Part shown: positions 29,815 to 39,284 of the stretch, piece after piece
Layout: each line of letters begins with the position of its first letter
Position numbering within the stretch: the stretch's first letter is position 1
Assembly (NCBI GenBank): GCA_965203555.1
Contig: CBDBCY010000004.1
Coordinates: 1,760,001-1,824,000, forward strand
Length of the DNA stretch: 64,000 nt
Direction of reading: 5' to 3'
Source of the DNA: Acidimicrobiia bacterium
Lineage (GTDB): Bacteria > Actinomycetota > Acidimicrobiia > Spongiisociales > ZC4RG35
Notes under the pieces: generated by a model
The model's database searches: none
Seen by the model: the letters and a program-made list of their open reading frames with translations, nothing else
What the model was told of the DNA's origin: nothing
Made by a program: the position numbers and the translations under genes

Positions 29815-30976
29815 GTAATTCCTTTCCATACTGCATTGCACGAATATATGACACGGCTGTGACAGACTTCTCCACCGCTATGTCGATGTCCTTGGAGGTT
29901 GTAAAACGCCCTAGGCTAAACCTGATTGACTCGAATGCGGCCTCCCGACTGAGCCCCATAGCCAACAGGACCTGCGAAGGCTCAATCGAACCGGAGCTAC
30001 AGGCACTACCGGCCGACACCGCCACTGGGTCCATGTTCACAAGGACAGCATCGGCGTCGACGCCTGCGAAACGTAGGTTTGTCGTATTCGGCAAGCGTCG
30101 ACTCAAATTTCCATTCTCGTAAACATCGGGAATGCTCCCCTTCAGTTCCCTGACAAGACGGTCTCGAAGCGTGGCTACCCGTCTGCCTTCCTCCTCACAC
30201 TCCTCCGACGCGATTAGAGCCGCCGCTCCGAACCCCACAGCACCAGCAACGTTCAATGAACCAGACCTCAATCCTCTCTCATGCCCACCGCCGTGAATGA
30301 GAGGTCTCAACCGCGCCAACCCACTGCGGGTCCCAACAAGGGCACCCACTCCACCTGGACCACAGATCTTGTGTCCGCTGAGAGAGACCAGATCAGCCCC
30401 CATCGTCTCCATATCGAAGTCCAGCCGCCCAACCATTTGGGTGATATCGCAGTGGAACAGAGCACCGGCCGCGTGGACCCGCTCGGAAATCTCGGCCACC
30501 GGGTTCAACACCCCCGTCTCGCTGTTAGCCGCCATGACGGACACCAAGAGCACATCCGGGCACACCATTGCCGCCACAACATCTGGATCCACAAGCCCAC
30601 CGGATGTAACTGGAATCACCTCTACCTTCGCAAGACCCTGTGCTGCCATCCAACGTGCAGGCGCTAGAACCGACTCATGCTCAACTGCAGACACCAGCAC
30701 CCGTGACCGGCTGGCCCTGTCCCCTTCAACTATCCCTCTCAGAGCCAGGTTGTTAGCCTCGGTCGCCCCAGCGGTGAACACCACCCTGCCTGGTCTGCCA
30801 CCTACCAGCCCAGCAACCTGTTCGCGTGCTTGGCTAACCGCCGCAGCTTGTCGACGTCCAAAGCCATGCACCGAGGAGGCATTACCAATACCCTTCGCCA
30901 AGATTGACGACATCTCTTCAAGAACTCGGGGGTCAAGTGGACCAGACCCGTTGTAATCCAGGTAAACACCGTTCAA
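29801..30976 (-). CDS. sspA: Cysteine desulfurase (IscS/SspA)
   Basis: YLDYN, GATEANN, ANSETG, SGHK, SAGSAC; first gene of the operon. Confidence 0.9.
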   Translation of the reverse strand: MNGVYLDYNGSGPLDPRVLEEMSSILAKGIGNASSVHGFGRRQAAAVSQAREQVAGLVGGRPGRVVFTAGATEANNLALRGIVEGDRASRSRVLVSAVEHESVLAPARWMAAQGLAKVEVIPVTSGGLVDPDVVAAMVCPDVLLVSVMAANSETGVLNPVAEISERVHAAGALFHCDITQMVGRLDFDMETMGADLVSLSGHKICGPGGVGALVGTRSGLARLRPLIHGGGHERGLRSGSLNVAGAVGFGAAALIASEECEEEGRRVATLRDRLVRELKGSIPDVYENGNLSRRLPNTTNLRFAGVDADAVLVNMDPVAVSAGSACSSGSIEPSQVLLAMGLSREAAFESIRFSLGRFTTSKDIDIAVEKSVTAVSYIRAMQYGKELHAVG

Positions 30977-31201
30977 GAGGGTCCTCCGTCCAGTGCAGGG
31001 AGAATAGTTTCAGGTGGAAAAACTATCGCATGCATCCCGGTTTTGGTTGAGCACCTCCTGCGTTTTCACTCCATCCTACCTACTGATAGAGTGCTGGTTG
31101 AGCATTCAAACTGCGTATTCCAGTCGACCGAGAGATGGTCTGGGCTGGTGCCAATCACCGGTCGGTGTCGGGAGCCCATCCTCATTACTGAACCGCCCTG
31201 G

Positions 31202-31850
31202 GATGCTCCTATGATGCTCCTATTTTTTACAAATCGGTGTTTGGGTTGTGGGTGGCTGGTGTTGGGTGGTTGGTGAGCCAGTGGTTGTAGCGGGTGGCGA
31301 GCTGGTGATTATGGTATTGGTTTCGTTCGAGTCGTGATAGGAGGGTGGGGTGGGTTTGGAGTTGTTGGGCGGGTGTTGGCGATCACTGAAATTCCCACCT
31401 CCTGGGAGCAAATACCCGTTGTCGGGTAGGGCTCTCTCCAAGCTAGGCGATTGCGATATGTCCTAGCTGTGGAGAGGAGGCCTGGACGGGACTGGTGCCG
31501 CATAACGCGGCGAAGGACGCTTCCGAGCGCATGCGGTGGGGGTTGTCACCGGCGGCTATATCAGCAGCGCCGAAGCGGTGTCAGGACCGACTCCTGGAGC
31601 GGCCAACAGTGCCGAGTTGGCTTGGAGGCAGAGACGGTTGATCTGGGTGTCCAGTTCGTCGATCTCTGCGGTGAGCAACTGATAGCGGCGGGCCAGGGAA
31701 CGTAGCGCTTGCTTGGCGTATCTGATGGTGGTGTCATCGGTGCGGGGACGAAACCGGGCGCAAACTTGGACACGGTCTTTGGCCGACAGGCCTCCGAGTT
31801 GGTGTTTGACCTGGCTGGTCAGTAAGTGTCGGAATGTCGCCTGGCCTTGA
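31202..31850 (-). mobile_element. IS110-family remnant
   Basis: CARFRP..ALRSLARRYQLLTAEIDELD..LLAAPGVGPDTASALLI/AAGDNPHRMRSEASFAALCGTSPVQASS; end motif ATAGGAGCATC present twice. Confidence 0.8.
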
Positions 31851-33378
31851 ACTTGGCTCGTTCGGCGTCGCGGAGCCAGCGCTTCATGACTTTGCCGGAG
31901 TCGTTGCGGACCAGGGCATCGGCTATTTCGAAGTGTTTGGGGACCTTGAATTTGGCGAGATTGGCGCGGCAGTGGGCGGTCAGTTCTTCTTCGGTGACGG
32001 TTATGCCGGGGAGAGCTACCACGAAGGCCTTGGGCACCTCGTCCCATTGAGGATCGGGCACACCCACCACCGCTGTCTCCGCAACTGCGGGGTGTCTGGC
32101 GAGGACCCGTTCGATCTCGGCGCTGGCTACGTTCTCTCCGCCGCTTTTGATCATGTCCTTCTTGCGGTCCACGAACCACAGGTAGCCGTCGGCGTCGATG
32201 CGGCAGATGTCGCCGGAGTGAAACCATCCGTCGCGGAAGGCGGCGGCGGTCTCTTCGGGATCGTTCCAGTAGCCCGGCGACACCTTCGGCCCGCGGGCAA
32301 CCAACTCTCCGGGTTTCCCCGGCGGCACGGGATAGCCTTCGTCGTCCACTATCCGCAGGTCGATGTTGGCGAACGGCCTGCCTGCCGACCCGATCTTGTC
32401 GGGGGGAGGGTTGGCCTCCAGGTAGGCGGCGCCGTTGGTGAGTTCGGTCATGCCGTAGGCTTCTGACAGCCGCACATGAGGCAGGGTCTTCTGAAATCGC
32501 CGGTACACGGGCGCCGGCAACCCTCCGAACACGATCCACTTCAGAGACGAGAGGTCGTATTCGTCCCGGTCCTCCATCCTCATGATGTCGTGGATGATCT
32601 GGGCGGCCAACACCCCTCCCACCACTTTCTCCTTCGCAACCAACTTCACGATCTCCGGTCCCGCATAACTGTGCACCACCACCAGGGTGGCCCCGATGTA
32701 GAGAGCCGTGAGCCCTGGAACATCCAAACCGCTGACATGGAACAGCGGCGCCGACAGCATGATGCGATCGGAGGGAAGAAGTTCCAGTTCCAGAATCTGG
32801 CCCAGTTGGTTCCAGATCACGTTCCCGTGGGTGGTGATCACCCCCTTGGGGTGGCTGGTGGTGCCGGAGGTGTAGAGGATCCGGGCCATGTCGTCGAGAC
32901 CCATCTGGGCATCGGGGACGTCCGCTCCGGCGTTGGCTTCCATCAAGGCGTCGTACGCATGCCACCCCGAAGATCCATAGTGAGCGTGGGTGATAACGTG
33001 GCGAATACCAGGCGAGGAGACCACCGTCTGCCGAGCCTTGTCTTGGAACCGTTCGTCGACCACCAGACCTGTCGAACCGGAGTGGTTGACAATGTAGGTC
33101 AACTCGCGGGGATGAAGACGCCAGTTGAGGGGGATGAACACCGCGCCGATCCGGTTGATGGCCAGTATCTCGATCAGGTAGCGGTGGGAATTGTCGGCCA
33201 GGATGGCGATTATGTCTCCCCTGCCGTATCCAAAGTCCAGCAGCGCCTGCGCCATCTCGCTCACGGACGCATCCAATTGTGAATAGGTGAGACGCACATC
33301 TCCGTCCACCACCGCTTCCCGATCTCCGAAGCGATGCTTGTTCCGCTCCAGCAGTCGGCTCAGATTGGCGGTGGGCAT
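31819..33378 (-). CDS. Acyl-CoA synthetase (AMP-binding)
   Basis: YTSGTTSHPKG, YGMTE, GWFHSGD, DRKKDMIKSGG, SGK. Confidence 0.93.
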   Translation of the reverse strand: MPTANLSRLLERNKHRFGDREAVVDGDVRLTYSQLDASVSEMAQALLDFGYGRGDIIAILADNSHRYLIEILAINRIGAVFIPLNWRLHPRELTYIVNHSGSTGLVVDERFQDKARQTVVSSPGIRHVITHAHYGSSGWHAYDALMEANAGADVPDAQMGLDDMARILYTSGTTSHPKGVITTHGNVIWNQLGQILELELLPSDRIMLSAPLFHVSGLDVPGLTALYIGATLVVVHSYAGPEIVKLVAKEKVVGGVLAAQIIHDIMRMEDRDEYDLSSLKWIVFGGLPAPVYRRFQKTLPHVRLSEAYGMTELTNGAAYLEANPPPDKIGSAGRPFANIDLRIVDDEGYPVPPGKPGELVARGPKVSPGYWNDPEETAAAFRDGWFHSGDICRIDADGYLWFVDRKKDMIKSGGENVASAEIERVLARHPAVAETAVVGVPDPQWDEVPKAFVVALPGITVTEEELTAHCRANLAKFKVPKHFEIADALVRNDSGKVMKRWLRDAERAKFKARRHSDTY

Positions 33379-33406
33379 AACGCTTTGCGCTCCTCCCCGT
33401 CGGATC

Positions 33407-33913
33407 CTAGGCGCCTGTGCCGTGCTTACTACGGTAGGCCACAATCTCGGCCCTGCTGGGCAGATCGACGAACTCCAATAGATATCCATCGGGATCCCTG
33501 GCCACGAAGGTCTTGATCACGCCGTAATTCTCCAGTTCCACGTCAAGCGGCGCCGACAGACATTCGGCGCCTGCCTCACGGACTCGACGGTACCGGTCTT
33601 CAATGGTCTCGCCTTCCTCGATCTCGAAAGAGATGAGGAACCCGCCCAGGTCTTTCATCCCGCCCGGCCGGGTCCCCGGCGTCAATCCGTCATTCCACTG
33701 GATCAATTCGATCTGACCCAGTTGGGATGGTCCCTGCAGAAACGTAGAGCGTCCCCGGGTTCCCGGCGGGACCGCCAGGAACGTCTCCACGTCCTCGCCC
33801 CCCAAGTCCATCCTCAAAGTGGCGCGATAGCCCAAAACCTGCTGGTAGAAGGCCACCGACCGCTCCAGGTTGCTCACAGGCAGGGCGACGTGGTGGATTT
33901 CGCCGACGCTCAC
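33407..33913 (-). CDS. VOC family protein
   Basis: HHVALPVSNLERSVAFY, ELIQW, DPDGYLLEF; GTGA overlap with the upstream LLM gene. Confidence 0.88.
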   Translation of the reverse strand: MSVGEIHHVALPVSNLERSVAFYQQVLGYRATLRMDLGGEDVETFLAVPPGTRGRSTFLQGPSQLGQIELIQWNDGLTPGTRPGGMKDLGGFLISFEIEEGETIEDRYRRVREAGAECLSAPLDVELENYGVIKTFVARDPDGYLLEFVDLPSRAEIVAYRSKHGTGA

Positions 33914-34974
33914 CGCAATGCCAAGTCGTCGGCTGTTCTCAGTTGGGGCACGACCTCCGCGGCAAAGGTCTCCATGGCCGCCAGGGCTGCCGACCGCTCC
34001 AGAGAAGGTATGCGGAACCACCCTATGTAGTGGGTCACCCCCAGCTTTTCGCCCAAGTTCCCCAGGTTGTCCACCACCTGATCGACCGTACCGAAGTTGC
34101 CGCCATGGGTGAGCGTCTGCTCCAAGGTGAGAAGGTCGATGTTCTCCCGTACCCTGGCGTAGTAGGCGGCTTCGGAGGAAAGCGCATCGTCGGAACCGGG
34201 GATCACTTTACCAACCGAACGGTAGTAGCGAAGCGCCGCTTCGGCGGCCTCCCGGAGACCGGCGGGATCGGCGCCCACCCAGATCTGCTGCATGAACGGC
34301 AACTCATAACGGGTCGGATCGTAACCCCCCTCAACCAGAGAATCCCGGTAGACATCGAAGTTGGCTTTGATCTTCCCCAGGGGTGTGAAGCTGGGAGAGG
34401 TGATGATATTCGAGCCGTCCAAGCCTCGCTTGCGGAAGGAACCGGGAGACACCGCGGCATGCACCAACGGAGGGCCGCCGACCTGGTAGGGCCGTGGATA
34501 TGTGGTGAGGCGCTCACATTCAAAATGCCGCCCCCGGTATGACCAGTCCTCTTCATTCCAGGCCAGATTGAGCACCTCCACCGCTTCGTCGTAGCGTTCC
34601 CGGGATTCGGCGGGATCGACCCCGAACCCTTTGAACTCCCTGGGCTGATATCCCCGGCCTATTCCCATCTGGAACCGCCCCCGACTGATCACATCCAGGG
34701 CCGCTCCCTCCTCGGCCAGGCGGATCGGATCGTGGAAGGGAATCACCATCACCGCGGTGCCGATCATGATCCTTCGGGTGCTGGCCGCGATCGCCGCTCC
34801 GAATTGAAGGGGATTGCCCAGGATGCCGTAGCGGGAAAAATGGTGCTCGGCCAGCCACACCGAGTCGAAACCCAGATGGTCGGCAATCCGTATCTCCTCC
34901 AAGGTGTCGTGGAGAACCTGGTGGTCCTCGTTCTCACCGGCCGAGGGGAACAGGTTCATGATTCCGAATTTCAC
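33910..34974 (-). CDS. LLM-class flavin-dependent oxidoreductase (LuxA-like)
   Basis: WLAEHHF, DPIRLAEE, GIGRGYQ. Confidence 0.93.
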   Translation of the reverse strand: MKFGIMNLFPSAGENEDHQVLHDTLEEIRIADHLGFDSVWLAEHHFSRYGILGNPLQFGAAIAASTRRIMIGTAVMVIPFHDPIRLAEEGAALDVISRGRFQMGIGRGYQPREFKGFGVDPAESRERYDEAVEVLNLAWNEEDWSYRGRHFECERLTTYPRPYQVGGPPLVHAAVSPGSFRKRGLDGSNIITSPSFTPLGKIKANFDVYRDSLVEGGYDPTRYELPFMQQIWVGADPAGLREAAEAALRYYRSVGKVIPGSDDALSSEAAYYARVRENIDLLTLEQTLTHGGNFGTVDQVVDNLGNLGEKLGVTHYIGWFRIPSLERSAALAAMETFAAEVVPQLRTADDLALR

Positions 34975-34994
34975 AGGCTTCCTGCTCCTCGGCT

Positions 34995-35012
34995 ATTCCG
35001 ACCGGTCAGTAT
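34995..35012. promoter_or_regulatory. Candidate TetR-type operator upstream of the LLM-VOC-ligase operon
   Basis: ATTCCGACCGGTCAGTAT matches 16/18 of the palindrome ATACCGACCGGTCGGTAT, 20 bp upstream of the start. Confidence 0.55.
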
Positions 35013-35208
35013 GTTACCTCTTGGTTGGTAACGAGGCAAGAGGAATTCTCTCCCACACAGGACACAGTGATTGGAGGAAGGCGGGCATCTGTAAAAGAAT
35101 CCTCCGGTTCAGACGAGGCAAGCGGTATCACAACTGTTCAGATCACGTAGCTGCCCACCGCGGTTCTCACCCTTGCTTTGCGCGACGGGAGGTTATTGTC
35201 TTCAAAAC

Positions 35209-35496
35209 ATGAGGTATACCGAGGAGTCGATCAGACGGATATCGGAGGCGGCCATCCCGGAGAACCTGCTGTCCCCCCCTCCGGATGCCCTCGAATTGGG
35301 CAGGAAGATAGCCGCCGCCATCTCGGATGCCTATACGGATGAAGACTGGCGAAGGGTACTGAACAGACTGAGCCCGGATCGGGCAGCCTGGAAAATCTCC
35401 CGCCGTCCATCCGAGGAACGCCATCACCTCCTGTTGCTCTTGGACCCCCACCGTAGAACGGAAGTCGAACGACTGTTGGCCGCCCTGGCCGCGTAG
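35209..35496 (+). CDS. Hypothetical small protein (candidate antitoxin)
   Basis: 95 aa helical ORF with GGAGG upstream; precedes a toxin-like ORF. Confidence 0.55.
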   Translation: MRYTEESIRRISEAAIPENLLSPPPDALELGRKIAAAISDAYTDEDWRRVLNRLSPDRAAWKISRRPSEERHHLLLLLDPHRRTEVERLLAALAA

Positions 35497-35506
35497 CGGA
35501 CTCCCG

Positions 35507-35772
35507 TTGTCAGGAAGGTTCTACGTAACCCGGTCTGCTCGTAGACACGGCATTACGACTGATGATGTCGAGTCGGTCTTGGAGGATCCCAGTGGGTCAT
35601 GAGCATGCCTGCTCTGGCCGAGACCGGCTTGGGGGACCCGGACAGACCCAACTTGCTTGTGTACGGCGGGTTTGATGTCCACGGACAGCCGTTGGTGGTG
35701 TTTGTGGACAGGTTCGAGGAAATGGCTTTCCATGCGGAACCGGGCTTACCCGAATACGAGGAGTTGTTCTGA
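35507..35772 (+). CDS. Small BrnT/DUF4258-like toxin candidate (one frameshift at ~35588)
   Basis: Adding one C to GATCCC gives MSGRFYVTRSARRHGITTDDVESVLEDPQW...GGFDVHGQPLVVFV..MAFHAEP. Confidence 0.5.
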
Positions 35773-35779
35773 AGCAAAC

Positions 35780-36769
35780 TCACCTCGAGGAGTCCTCGGT
35801 ATCGCCATACCCGATCCGCCCTCCCAGCCGGAAGAAGGGCGCCACCGCCTCGTCGCGTTCCCGCAATGTCCGGGCCAGGCCCTTGTCCCGTCGTTCCCGC
35901 AGGAAATTGAACTCTCCCTCCTCCAGCACCAGGTTGGTTGCCCAGCCGTGGCCGACCCACCCGGTCATCTCCCCCACGCCCTTCCCGCGGGCCTCCATAA
36001 CCATCTGCATCATGGCCTTGCCCATCATGATTCCATCGAGGGGCATCATGGTGATGGCGGTGGCGTAGTCGTCAACCCACCGGTCCAACTCGTCTCGGGG
36101 GACGACTTTGTTGACAAACCCGATCCGCTCGGCTTCCGACGCCTCCAGGGGCCGCATGGTGAGCATGATCTCCTTCATTTTCTTCAGCCCCAGGTTCTCG
36201 ATCCAGGCGTACATGTCCTGGGGAGCGGCGCCCAGGTAGCGAAAGGCGGGGTGGGTAAACAGAGCATCGGGAGAGGCGACCACCAGGTCGGTGGCGAGGG
36301 CGATCTGCATGTGGCCCCCGTAGCAATAGCCGTGCACCTGGGAGATGGTGGCCTTCAGGCAGTCGGTGATGGGATTGGTGAAGGCCCCGAAAATCAGGTT
36401 TCGGTCGGGAAGCATGCGTTGGCGTTGGGCGGGGCGTTTTCGAGTGGCCCGGTCCTTGCCCTTGCCGTACCCGATGTAGTGGCCCAACTCGGAGGCGTCG
36501 GCGCCGGTGCCGAAGCAGGGTCCGGCCCCCCGGAAGACGATCACCTTCACGTCGTCGTCCACTTCCGCTTCCTTCACCAGGTCCCCGATGCGCTCCAAGG
36601 AGGCGATGGGAAGGGCGTTGAGGCGCTCGGGCACATTGAAGGTCACGTAGGCAATGGGCTTTTCGGGGTGCTTTTCATAGAGGACGCTTCGTTCCAGGAC
36701 CGCCGGATCGATCTGCATCGCTTCGGCGTCCCACTGTTCTCCCAGCAACTCGTATTCACTCTTTTTCAT
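35780..36769 (-). CDS. Enoyl-CoA hydratase/isomerase family protein
   Basis: NVPERLNA, FGTGAD, GYCYGG, EAERIGFVNKVVP. Confidence 0.9.
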   Translation of the reverse strand: MKKSEYELLGEQWDAEAMQIDPAVLERSVLYEKHPEKPIAYVTFNVPERLNALPIASLERIGDLVKEAEVDDDVKVIVFRGAGPCFGTGADASELGHYIGYGKGKDRATRKRPAQRQRMLPDRNLIFGAFTNPITDCLKATISQVHGYCYGGHMQIALATDLVVASPDALFTHPAFRYLGAAPQDMYAWIENLGLKKMKEIMLTMRPLEASEAERIGFVNKVVPRDELDRWVDDYATAITMMPLDGIMMGKAMMQMVMEARGKGVGEMTGWVGHGWATNLVLEEGEFNFLRERRDKGLARTLRERDEAVAPFFRLGGRIGYGDTEDSSR

Positions 36770-38283
36770 GGGATGGTCCTCTCCGGGATTGGTTTCTCCA
36801 GCAGGGCTCGATTGATCTTGCCGGTCTCCGTTCGGGGCAGGGCGGGGACGAATTCCACCTGTCTGACGGCTTTGAAGTGCGCCAGGCGGCCTTTCGCATA
36901 CTCCATCAACTCGGCGTCCATTCCGTCGGAAACGGTACCGGACGCCACCACGTACGCCTTGGGGACCTCGCCCAACCGCTCGTCAGAAACCCCGATTACC
37001 GCAACCTCCGCCACGGCCGGATGGGAACGCAGGGCCTCTTCCAGTTCGGCAGGCCACACCTGGAACCCCCCTGTCTTGATCATGTCCCGTTTCCTCCCCA
37101 CCAAGAACAACACTCCATCCTCGTCCACATACCCCATGTCTCCCGAATGCACCCATCCTTTGCGTACCAGTTTGCCGCTGTGCTCCCGGTCGCCCAGGTA
37201 TCCCTTGGCCAGGTCGCTCTGCACGCAGATCTCGCCCACCTCTCCCAGGCCGAGCGCCCTGCCCCCCTCGTCGCGGATCTCCATGTTCACCCCCTCATAG
37301 ACCCGACCTGCCGACCCGGGCTTCCACTGTCCCGCCGCCAGATCGGCCCGTGTCCATCCCGCCACATGCCCGGTTTCGGTGGAGCCGTAGTTGGTGGCGA
37401 CGGGGATGCCGAAACGCTGTTCGAATCGTCGCCGAAGTTGGGAGTCGAGCGCCTGTCCCGCCACCAGCACCGCTCGCACCGTGCCCAGGTCAACCGGATC
37501 CTCCAGCGTCACCAGGTCGTACAGCATGGTGGGCATGAGGAACAGATTGTCGATGCGGTGCCGACCGACCAACTCCACCACCCGTGAGGCGTTGAACTTT
37601 CGCATCACCAACAGCGCCCGTCCCACGTAGAAGGCGAACAGCAGAGTCTGCTGCCCCCCGCTGTGGAACAGCGGCAGAGCCAGCAGGTTGGGCGGGACGG
37701 CGGGAGGGGCCATCCGGTAGGGTCCGGGACGCCCCTTGGAGACGGATGCCAACTGCTTCACCGCCCCCATGGTTCCCCCGTGGGTGGTGACCACCGGTTT
37801 GGGCAGCCCGGTGGTCCCGCCGGTGAACAGCACCACGGCTTCGTCGGTGTCCTGCATCTCCACGGGATCGACCGTGGACTCTCCCTCCTCGGCCGACTCC
37901 CACTCCCTCATGCTGTCCGAGGTCAGACGAAGCGCCTCCCAACCGTCCGCCGGGGGCGTCTGCGGGGTGACCGCCACCAGCCGCGGGCGGGTCTGTTCCA
38001 GTGTCTTGACCAACTCTTCCCGGTTGTACAGCGAAGAAATGGTGACCGGGACCGCTCCCAGCCTCCAGGCGCCGTACAAAAGAGCAACGACCTCCGGCCG
38101 GTTGGGCGCCACGATGGCCACCCGATCACCTCGGGCTATTCCCCTCGCTTCCAATATCCGCGCCACCGTGATCGAAATCCGGTTCAGAGCCCCCCAACTC
38201 CAAGTGCGCCCGTCTTCGAAAAGCAACGCAGTTCGATCCGCGGCCTCCCGGGCTCGATCCGAGAGCACCGAAGCAATGTTCAC
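36766..38283 (-). CDS. Acyl-CoA ligase (class I adenylate-forming)
   Basis: FTGGTTGLPK, YGSTE, HSGD, RKRDMIKTGG, TGK. Confidence 0.92.
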   Translation of the reverse strand: MNIASVLSDRAREAADRTALLFEDGRTWSWGALNRISITVARILEARGIARGDRVAIVAPNRPEVVALLYGAWRLGAVPVTISSLYNREELVKTLEQTRPRLVAVTPQTPPADGWEALRLTSDSMREWESAEEGESTVDPVEMQDTDEAVVLFTGGTTGLPKPVVTTHGGTMGAVKQLASVSKGRPGPYRMAPPAVPPNLLALPLFHSGGQQTLLFAFYVGRALLVMRKFNASRVVELVGRHRIDNLFLMPTMLYDLVTLEDPVDLGTVRAVLVAGQALDSQLRRRFEQRFGIPVATNYGSTETGHVAGWTRADLAAGQWKPGSAGRVYEGVNMEIRDEGGRALGLGEVGEICVQSDLAKGYLGDREHSGKLVRKGWVHSGDMGYVDEDGVLFLVGRKRDMIKTGGFQVWPAELEEALRSHPAVAEVAVIGVSDERLGEVPKAYVVASGTVSDGMDAELMEYAKGRLAHFKAVRQVEFVPALPRTETGKINRALLEKPIPERTIP

Positions 38284-38289
38284 CGGCTG

Positions 38290-39280
38290 TCACCCGTCGC
38301 CCGAATAGAGAGGAGCGCCCTCGGGCTGGATGCAGCGGGACCCGTGGTCGTGACGAGTCTGGGTCCACTCCACATCGAGGTCCGAACACTCTCTCACCGC
38401 ATGGGGGCATCGGGAAGCGAACCGACAGCCCTCGAAGCCGGGCCTCACCCGCGGCGGGGTCCCGTCGATTCCCACCAGCGGCGCCTTCTTCGCCCACATC
38501 GGTACCGACCTCAAAAGGCCCAGCGTGTACGGGTGGTGGGGTGACCCGACCACTTCGGAGGTCGGCCCCAGTTCGACGACCTCTCCCCCGTACATCACCG
38601 CCAGGCGGGTGCAGACTTCCGCGGCCAGCAGCAGATCGTGGGTGACGTAGATCAGCGAATGCCCCATGTCGGTGGCCAGTTCCCTGACCAGTTCCATAAC
38701 CTCGGCCTGGGTGGTGACATCCAGAGCCGAGGTCGACTCGTCGGCGATCACCAGTTCGGGCTCCGAGACGATGGCGATGGCGATGGCGGCCCGCTGTCGC
38801 ATTCCGCCCGACAGCTGATGGGGGTAGGAACGCAACACCCGCCCCGGATCCTGAAACCCCATGCGGGAGATGACTTGTCTCGATCCTTGCGGCCCGGTCG
38901 GCCGCGGTCTGATCGGAACGGTTGGCCCGCAGCACCTGTTTCATCTGGGTGTTGATTCGCAGCAGCGGGTTCAGGGAACTCGATGCGTTCTGGAAGACCA
39001 TCCCCACATGGCGTCCGCGGAGACGACTCAGACTGTTCCGGCCGTCTCCCAGGACCTGCTCGCCCTGGAAGTAGATGGATCCGCCGGTGATATGCACGTT
39101 TCGTTCGGTGAGACCCAGCAGGCTTCGCACCGCGGTGGTCTTTCCGCTTCCCGACTCCCCGATCAGCCCGATCACATCTCCGGGATAGACATCCAGATCG
39201 AATTTGTCCACCGCCACGACAGTTCCCACCGAACTGGTGGCCTCCACCCGCAGGGATCGGACGCTGAGCAGGGGATCCAT
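38290..39280 (-). CDS. Peptide/nickel ABC ATPase (DppD-like), frameshift at ~38870
   Basis: GESGSGKTT in ORF 38126..39280; LSGGMRQR, ADEST, HPYT in ORF 38290..38862. Confidence 0.88.
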
Positions 39281-39284
39281 CAGA

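Noticed and set aside
24412-30976. BREX type 4 (PAPS reductase plus large ATPase)
   Set aside because: No PglZ or BrxL in the window; desulfurase-DUF4007-ATPase-PAPS order plus a DUF262/DUF1524 gene fits Ssp
19412-30976. Canonical DndABCDE or DndFGH
   Set aside because: No DndB (DGQHR) protein; the PAPS reductase is short and SspD-like; no DndFGH-like genes recognised
31225-31400. GT-rich tract as a functional ncRNA (e.g. IS110 bridge RNA) or G-quadruplex
   Set aside because: Lies at the degraded 3' end of an IS110 remnant; no supportable structure by eye
31556-32965. 469-aa ORF as a full IS110 transposase
   Set aside because: Only the last ~95 aa are IS110-like; the rest is an alternative frame of the acyl-CoA ligase
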